NCBI GenBank assembly: GCA_963846575.1
Contig: CAWJWJ010000001.1
Location: forward strand, 32,001-96,000
Length of the DNA stretch: 64,000 bases
Source: an uncultured Nitrospiraceae bacterium
GTDB lineage: Bacteria; Nitrospirota; Nitrospiria; Nitrospirales; Nitrospiraceae
Direction: 5' to 3'
In this document: positions 58,624 through 64,000 of the stretch, piece by piece
Position numbering within the stretch: the first letter of the stretch is position 1
How the letters are laid out: every line of letters begins with the position of its first letter
Program-made: the position numbers and the translations under genes
Notes under the pieces: generated by a model
The model's database searches: none
The model's input: the letters and a program-made list of their open reading frames with translations, nothing else
Told to the model about the DNA's origin: nothing

Positions 58624-60249
58624 ATGTCCCTGCCGGCTGAGAAATCTGCATCCGACGACCTTCGCCGAGAAGTGCTGCGACGACGCACCTTCGCCATCAT
58701 TTCACACCCGGACGCCGGGAAAACCACCTTGACGGAAAAACTGCTGCTCTATGCGGGCGCCGTTCATCTGGCTGGCGCAGTGCAGGCTCGTTCAAGCCAA
58801 CGTCAGGCCAAGTCCGACTGGATGGAGTTGGAACAAGCGCGCGGCATCTCGATCACCTCCACCATGCTGCAGTTTGATTATCAAGGGGCGCGGGTGAATC
58901 TACTCGACACCCCGGGCCACCAGGACTTCAGCGAAGACACCTACCGCACACTCATGGCGGTGGATAGCGCGGTCATGGTGTTGGACGGCGCCAAGGGCAT
59001 CGAGCCGCAGACCAAAAAACTCTTTGCCGTCTGCCGCAAGCGCGGTATCCCGATTCTGACCTTCATCAACAAGATGGACCAGCCCGGACGCCACCCGTTC
59101 GACCTGCTCGATGAAATTGAGCGCACCTTGGGCATGACGGCGGTTCCGTTCAATTGGCCGATCGGCGAAGGATCCGGCTTTCAAGGCGTCTACGATTTTC
59201 AGAACCGGCAGGTGCTGTTCTTCCAGCGAACCGCCCACAACCAGCGCCGCGCTCCGATGACCATCGAAGCCTTTCCCAACCCGAAACTGGAGGAGACGCT
59301 CGGGGAGGCCTATGCCCCCCTGCAGGAAGAAATCGGGCTCCTGGCCGGGGCCGGTACGTCGTTCGATCGCACCCGTTTCCTGGCGGGGGAACTGACCCCC
59401 GTGTTCTTCGGCAGCGCCCTGACCAACTTCGGGGTGGGGCCGTTCCTCGACGCCTTCACCCAACTCGCGCCACCGCCCGGTCCGCGTCACAGCGCCCAGG
59501 GCCTCGTACAGCCGACGGACGACACCTTTTCCGGTTTCGTGTTCAAAATCCAGGCGAACATGGATCCGCAACACCGTGACCGCATGGCGTTTCTTCGCAT
59601 CTGCTCAGGCCGCTTCGAGAAAGACATGATGGTGTATCATGCCCGCTTGGGCCGGAAGATCCGCATGACACGTCCGCACAGACTCTTCGGGCGCGATCGC
59701 GAAACGATCGACGAGGCCTACCCCGGCGACGTGGTCGGGTTGGTGAATCCCGGGCTGTTCACGATCGGCGATACCTTGACCTCCGATCCGTCGCTGGCGT
59801 TCGATCCCATCCCCCACTTCGCGCCCGAATGTTTCGGCCTGTTACGCACGCGGGACATTTCCAAGCACAAGCAGTTCCAGAAGGGACTGAAGCAGCTGGA
59901 AGAAGAGGGCGTGATGCAGATTTTTTATTCGCCGGACCATGTCCGGCGCGAGCCGGTCCTGGCTGCGGTGGGCGAATTGCAGTTCGACGTCGTCGTCTCC
60001 CGCCTGGAGAACGAATACGGGGTGAAAACCACCGTCGACCGCATGCCCCATGTGCTTGCTCGATGGCTCGTCGGTGATCCAGAGAAGATCGCCGCCGTTT
60101 ACTGGCCCTCCGATACCCTGCGGCTCGTCGATCAACAAGGCCGCGCGGTCATGTTGTTTACCACCGAACATCTCCTGGCCTATTGCATCAAATCCAACCC
60201 CTCCATTCAGTTTCTCCTGCGGGAAGAAGTAGGACAACCCGAGCTGTAA
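58624..60249 (+). CDS. prfC: Peptide chain release factor 3
   Basis: RRRTFAIISHPDAGKTT, DTPGHQDF, NKMD, AVGELQFDV. Confidence 0.96.
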   Translation: MSLPAEKSASDDLRREVLRRRTFAIISHPDAGKTTLTEKLLLYAGAVHLAGAVQARSSQRQAKSDWMELEQARGISITSTMLQFDYQGARVNLLDTPGHQDFSEDTYRTLMAVDSAVMVLDGAKGIEPQTKKLFAVCRKRGIPILTFINKMDQPGRHPFDLLDEIERTLGMTAVPFNWPIGEGSGFQGVYDFQNRQVLFFQRTAHNQRRAPMTIEAFPNPKLEETLGEAYAPLQEEIGLLAGAGTSFDRTRFLAGELTPVFFGSALTNFGVGPFLDAFTQLAPPPGPRHSAQGLVQPTDDTFSGFVFKIQANMDPQHRDRMAFLRICSGRFEKDMMVYHARLGRKIRMTRPHRLFGRDRETIDEAYPGDVVGLVNPGLFTIGDTLTSDPSLAFDPIPHFAPECFGLLRTRDISKHKQFQKGLKQLEEEGVMQIFYSPDHVRREPVLAAVGELQFDVVVSRLENEYGVKTTVDRMPHVLARWLVGDPEKIAAVYWPSDTLRLVDQQGRAVMLFTTEHLLAYCIKSNPSIQFLLREEVGQPEL

Positions 60250-60669
60250 CACCAACGACTTCTGTCCCGGGCTCCGCTGCGGCCCTGCCACCCTCACCGC
60301 CCCTTGATGATCGAAGTGTGTTATAAAGGGGGGTCCGTCAGAGAAGGCACCCTGGCTCGTATGTGAAGTAGGCGAACTACACCGCTTGCCGTCTTTAGCG
60401 CCTCAGGCTAACCCGGCCGAGGCTTCTTGCCTTGCTTACTTTCCTGAATTGATGTCCATTGGATCCCTCCCGACTGCGGCGAGGAGGACGGAAGACCACC
60501 AGTCACACTGTTCATGAGTGCCGCCGCGCACCGGTCGACGGGAGTGCATGAGCAACGCCATCCGGACCAGCGGACCGGACGACGGGCGCGGCAAGCCATG
60601 CGGCAACCTGGCGGCTGGTTCGCCGGTCAACCAGGCCATGATTGAACGACGATTTCGAGGAGAACGACC

Positions 60670-60840
60670 ATGCCGAAAGCCCGAACTGCAAAGAACTGCT
60701 ACTGCTGCGAAGCAGAAGATCGAATCAAGATGACCTATATGCTCTGTGGCCTCTGCCACCGGCATTTCTGCAGCGCCCATGGCGTTCCGGATCTGGAACA
60801 ATGCACCAAGTGCCTGGAAGCGAGCGAAGAAACGGAATAG
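60670..60840 (+). CDS. 56-aa Cys/His zinc-finger protein (not in ORF track)
   Basis: SD GAGGAG; MPKARTAKNCYCCEAEDRIKMTYMLCGLCHRHFCSAHGVPDLEQCTKCLEASEETE. Confidence 0.8.
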   Translation: MPKARTAKNCYCCEAEDRIKMTYMLCGLCHRHFCSAHGVPDLEQCTKCLEASEETE

Positions 60841-60847
60841 TCCCTGT

Positions 60848-60971
60848 CAGGATGCTGAAAAGCCCCCAGCATGGATCTCGCATCACACCGAGCCGTCGGG
60901 GTACGGCCGCGGATAAGACCTTCCTCCTCGTTCGCTACGGACTTGCTGACAGCCCTTGGTTGAACATCCTG
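60848..60971. mobile_element. Degenerate MITE-like interspersed repeat (124 bp)
   Basis: Imperfect terminal inverted repeats CAGGATGCTGAA / TTGAACATCCTG (10/12), non-coding, between convergent genes. Confidence 0.65.
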
Positions 60972-61005
60972 TACGTGAGGCATTGCCCATGGACCGGACG
61001 ACTCG

Positions 61006-61575
61006 TCACACAGTCTTCTTCCGTTTCTTCCTGATACCCACCATCACAGACACCCGGGCTTGCCGGGACAGCGCCTGATCGATCCTGCTTTCCCCGTTGG
61101 TGGTCAGGATGACCATTCCCTTGTGGGCTTCGATGCGTTGCAGCAGGTGAGCGGCCCCGGCATCCGCATAATCAGACTGGCCCCGTTTCTTCGCACGTCC
61201 TGTCCCGAACAGCGCGTCCGATCCGTCAAAAAATAGAATCGAGCCGCTACGTTCAGCCTCATCGAACACCCGATTGATATTCTTTTCGGTTTCGCCGACA
61301 TATCGGCTCACCACCGAGGAGAGATTCACTTTCGTCAAATCGAGCTGCAATTCTTCCGCCACCAATTCGGCCGCCTTGTTGCGGCGAAGGGGGGTGGCCC
61401 CCGAGAGCACCACGACCGCGACCGACGGCCGCTTACCGCGAGTCGTGTTCGACCGGCGCACCTGAGTCGCTTTCTTCGTCACGGGTTCCTTCCCCGCGGA
61501 TTTCTTCGTCACGGTCTTTTTCCCTGTCTTCTTTGCGGCCACCGGAGTCCTCGGCCTCACCTTACGCTTAACCAT
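61006..61575 (-). CDS. Degenerate AAA ATPase domain with Lys-rich N-terminus
   Basis: VVSRYVGETEKN, ILFFDGSDALFG, LLQRIE, ILTTN; Walker A lost. Confidence 0.8.
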   Translation of the reverse strand: MVKRKVRPRTPVAAKKTGKKTVTKKSAGKEPVTKKATQVRRSNTTRGKRPSVAVVVLSGATPLRRNKAAELVAEELQLDLTKVNLSSVVSRYVGETEKNINRVFDEAERSGSILFFDGSDALFGTGRAKKRGQSDYADAGAAHLLQRIEAHKGMVILTTNGESRIDQALSRQARVSVMVGIRKKRKKTV

Positions 61576-61653
61576 GTTGCCTCCATCCTATTTTCAATCC
61601 GGACTCACGCTCCGGCGACTGACACCGGTCCTGCTCGTCCTCGGTCCTTCTGC

Positions 61654-63231
61654 TCATCGCTTCCGGTCGAAGCCGGAATCCCGCCACTTCTCCAGCAATA
61701 CAATCCGCCGCTCCAACTGCGCGATCGTGGCCTGATCCACCCGTCCACCCGTCCGCTTGATCAATTCAGCGTTGAGGTGGCGATGATCCATTCCGGTCTT
61801 ACGCGCCACGGCTCCCACCAGTTCCCGGTGTTTCTCCCGCAATTTTTCCTTCTTGTCGTGGAGCGCCTCCGCTGCCACCCCCTGCCCGCCACCTTCTCCC
61901 GCCGGATCACCCTCGTCCGCTCCGATCAAAGCATCCAGCCTGGCCACCCCGTTCAAGGGGATATATTCTTTCAGGGACGTCGCGGCCGTGCCGAACAGTG
62001 TGCGCTGAACCGCCGGCATGATGTCTTCCAGGACGTGATCCCGCTCAACTTTGATGCGCTTCGCATAGTGCACCAACGTGGCATCCTTCGGCAGGTAAAG
62101 CCAGGCCCGTTGGGGCTTCGGCACCTTGTCCTGCATCCGCACGAATCGCCCGACCACCTGGCGGAAGTACATCTCCGTCAACACATTGGTCGCATACACG
62201 CCGACGCGGAGACGCGGAATATCGACCCCTTCGCTCACCATATTCACAGCGACCAGCCATTGCTGGGTTTTGTGATGGGCGAAGCTCTCGATGGTCTTTG
62301 ATGCGGAAGGATCATCGGACACCGCCACCTGCGCACGTACTCCGGTAATCCGCGTGACCAACTCCGCCACCTGGCGCGCATGATCTTGATTCATGGTGAC
62401 GATGAGCCCGCCCGCATCGGACTGCTCCTGTTTGCGCAAGCGCTGCAGTTCGGTATGGGCATCGCGCAGGACCGGCTCCAGCCAGGTCTCCTGCAAGAGG
62501 GCTGTCTTGAGCCGCTCGCGCTGGCGCTCGAAGGTCAACCCGTCTTCGAACGTGGCGCGATGTTCACGTCCGTCGGAAAGCCAGGTCAACTCGCCTTCGT
62601 AGCTTGGGAAGAGGATCGGCCGGCAGACACCGTCCTTGATCGAATGCGAATACCCGTAGGTGAAATCCGCCTGGCTTTCGCCATTCTCGTAACGGACATA
62701 GGGAATCGGATTATTGTCGGAACGAAAAGGCGTGCCGGACAAGGCCAGACGAAATACTGCTTCAGCAAACGCTTCTCGCAGCGCCTTTCCCCAATCCTTG
62801 CCGTCACCGGCATGGTGTAACTCATCGAGAATGACCAGGGTCTTTCGGCTACGGCAGGCTCGACGGAACACCTCCGGCGCCAGACAGACCTGCTGGTACG
62901 TCACCACCGCCCCATGATAGTCGCGGGCTTCGCAGGCCTGTTCATTCGACAGGGCCGGATCCAGTTGAATACCCACCTGTCCGGCCGCCGATGCCCACTG
63001 CGTTCTGAGATGGTTCGTCGGACAGATGACGAGCACACGACTGGCCGCCCGATCAGCCAGATACTGATGGGCAATCCGCAATGCAAAACGGGTTTTGCCT
63101 GCCGCGGGTGTGGCCGTGACGAGGTAGTCCTCGCGCTTCCGTGCCAACACATCGGCAACGGCCCGAGTCTGCCAGTCGCGCAACAGAGCCTTCCAAGGTA
63201 AGAGGCTCACCCCCATCCGATCACCATGCAC
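61654..63231 (-). CDS. Superfamily 2 (DEAD/DEAH, ResIII/SSL2-like) helicase
   Basis: ATPAAGKT, DELHH, LSGTPFR, MVSEGVDIP, QVVGR; start could be 63216. Confidence 0.92.
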   Translation of the reverse strand: MHGDRMGVSLLPWKALLRDWQTRAVADVLARKREDYLVTATPAAGKTRFALRIAHQYLADRAASRVLVICPTNHLRTQWASAAGQVGIQLDPALSNEQACEARDYHGAVVTYQQVCLAPEVFRRACRSRKTLVILDELHHAGDGKDWGKALREAFAEAVFRLALSGTPFRSDNNPIPYVRYENGESQADFTYGYSHSIKDGVCRPILFPSYEGELTWLSDGREHRATFEDGLTFERQRERLKTALLQETWLEPVLRDAHTELQRLRKQEQSDAGGLIVTMNQDHARQVAELVTRITGVRAQVAVSDDPSASKTIESFAHHKTQQWLVAVNMVSEGVDIPRLRVGVYATNVLTEMYFRQVVGRFVRMQDKVPKPQRAWLYLPKDATLVHYAKRIKVERDHVLEDIMPAVQRTLFGTAATSLKEYIPLNGVARLDALIGADEGDPAGEGGGQGVAAEALHDKKEKLREKHRELVGAVARKTGMDHRHLNAELIKRTGGRVDQATIAQLERRIVLLEKWRDSGFDRKR

Positions 63232-63536
63232 CTCCGCCGCCAGTAACTCACCGACTTTCCTGCCGCCGGGCCTGCACCTCTCGGACCCCGTCTCAACCAG
63301 ACGCCATCGGCGTCATCCGCAGACGGGTACGTCCGGAATGATCCGCAGCGGGTGTGTGATATCGGGCTGGAGAAGTGACGAGGTGTACCGCGCGCCCTGC
63401 CGGCCTGACAATTCCGTCACCAGGCAACCGGCAAGGGCAGAGAGGAACTCATCATTATGTCGTTGGATGGTAGCGGAAAAAGCGTCGAGCAACAAGAGGC
63501 CGTGGAAATTGTCCGGCTGGCTGGAGGCTGCACGCA

Positions 63537-63567
63537 TCCGGGGGAACCACCAGGCGGTTCCCCCGGA
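63537..63567 (-). terminator. Stem-loop just after the globin stop
   Basis: 12-bp perfect stem TCCGGGGGAACC/GGTTCCCCCGGA; no downstream U-tract. Confidence 0.5.
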
Positions 63568-63574
63568 AAACGGG

Positions 63575-64000
63575 TTACTTCTTTTCGACGATATCGCTCT
63601 TCATCGGTCCTAACACACCCAGGAGTTGATCCTTCTCGGCCTTCCCCACCTTGTGGTGATCCAAAGCCGCCACCAGATCCTCCACCAGGGCACCGAACGC
63701 GGCATCGCTGACGCCCATCCCCTGATGGGTCTGCTTCATCGTACGGCCGGTATAGGTGCAGGGACCGCCGCTCGCTTCGCAGATCTGATTGACGAGATGC
63801 ATCTTGAGCTTCCCGAGATCCGTGCTGGCGAAGTATCCGTTGATACGTTGATCCGCGCCGACCTTGCCGACAAATGTATCGACGACCGCCACAATGGCGC
63901 CCTTGCCGCCCAACCGGTCATAGAGTGATTTTCCCGTGGCCTTCGGCTCTCCGGCCTCTACGCATCCAGCCATCAAGACCGCCGCCATTGCCGCTCCCGC
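63575..64000 (-). CDS. glbN: Group 1 truncated hemoglobin, probable lipoprotein (start outside window)
   Basis: SLYDRLGG, GGPCTYTGR, proximal His in QTHQGM; lipobox-like MAGC. Confidence 0.9.
   Translation of the reverse strand, partial: AGAAMAAVLMAGCVEAGEPKATGKSLYDRLGGKGAIVAVVDTFVGKVGADQRINGYFASTDLGKLKMHLVNQICEASGGPCTYTGRTMKQTHQGMGVSDAAFGALVEDLVAALDHHKVGKAEKDQLLGVLGPMKSDIVEKK

Noticed and set aside
61654..63231. Helicase as part of a restriction or defence system
   Set aside because: No methyltransferase, nuclease domain or defence neighbours are visible.

Overview
GC-rich (roughly 60% by eye) bacterial chromosomal segment. Gene content and one degenerate interspersed repeat suggest a Nitrospira-like organism (inference, no search run). 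About 62 CDSs; I saw no rRNA, tRNA, CRISPR array, prophage or intact transposase. Main blocks in order: (1) ATP-grasp fragment, glutaredoxin, KamA radical SAM, dCTP deaminase and a TIGR04283/TIGR04282 transferase pair; (2) bolA-grxD and a UbiA-HAD fusion; (3) a sigma54-promoted signalling operon with a stand-alone receiver, a Rossmann-fused kinase, a Cache/HAMP/PAS kinase and a free DUF3365 heme-c protein; (4) many envelope genes (PBP1b, bactofilin, FadL, AsmA-like, DUF748, DUF481, BON, MscS, a small Omp85); (5) an arsI/cadI-sigZ unit with a likely ECF promoter; (6) a CFA-type methyltransferase, DUF2878, DUF1295, DUF6134, lipocalin operon; (7) prfC, an uncalled 56-aa zinc finger, a degenerate AAA protein, an SF2 helicase and a lipidated truncated globin. 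Best leads: the leaderless Pro-motif uORF upstream of the Omp85 gene, the sigma54 heme/redox module, the Cys-rich SigZ/ArsI unit, and the KamA/ATP-grasp/transferase operon. All family calls come from motif recognition by eye.
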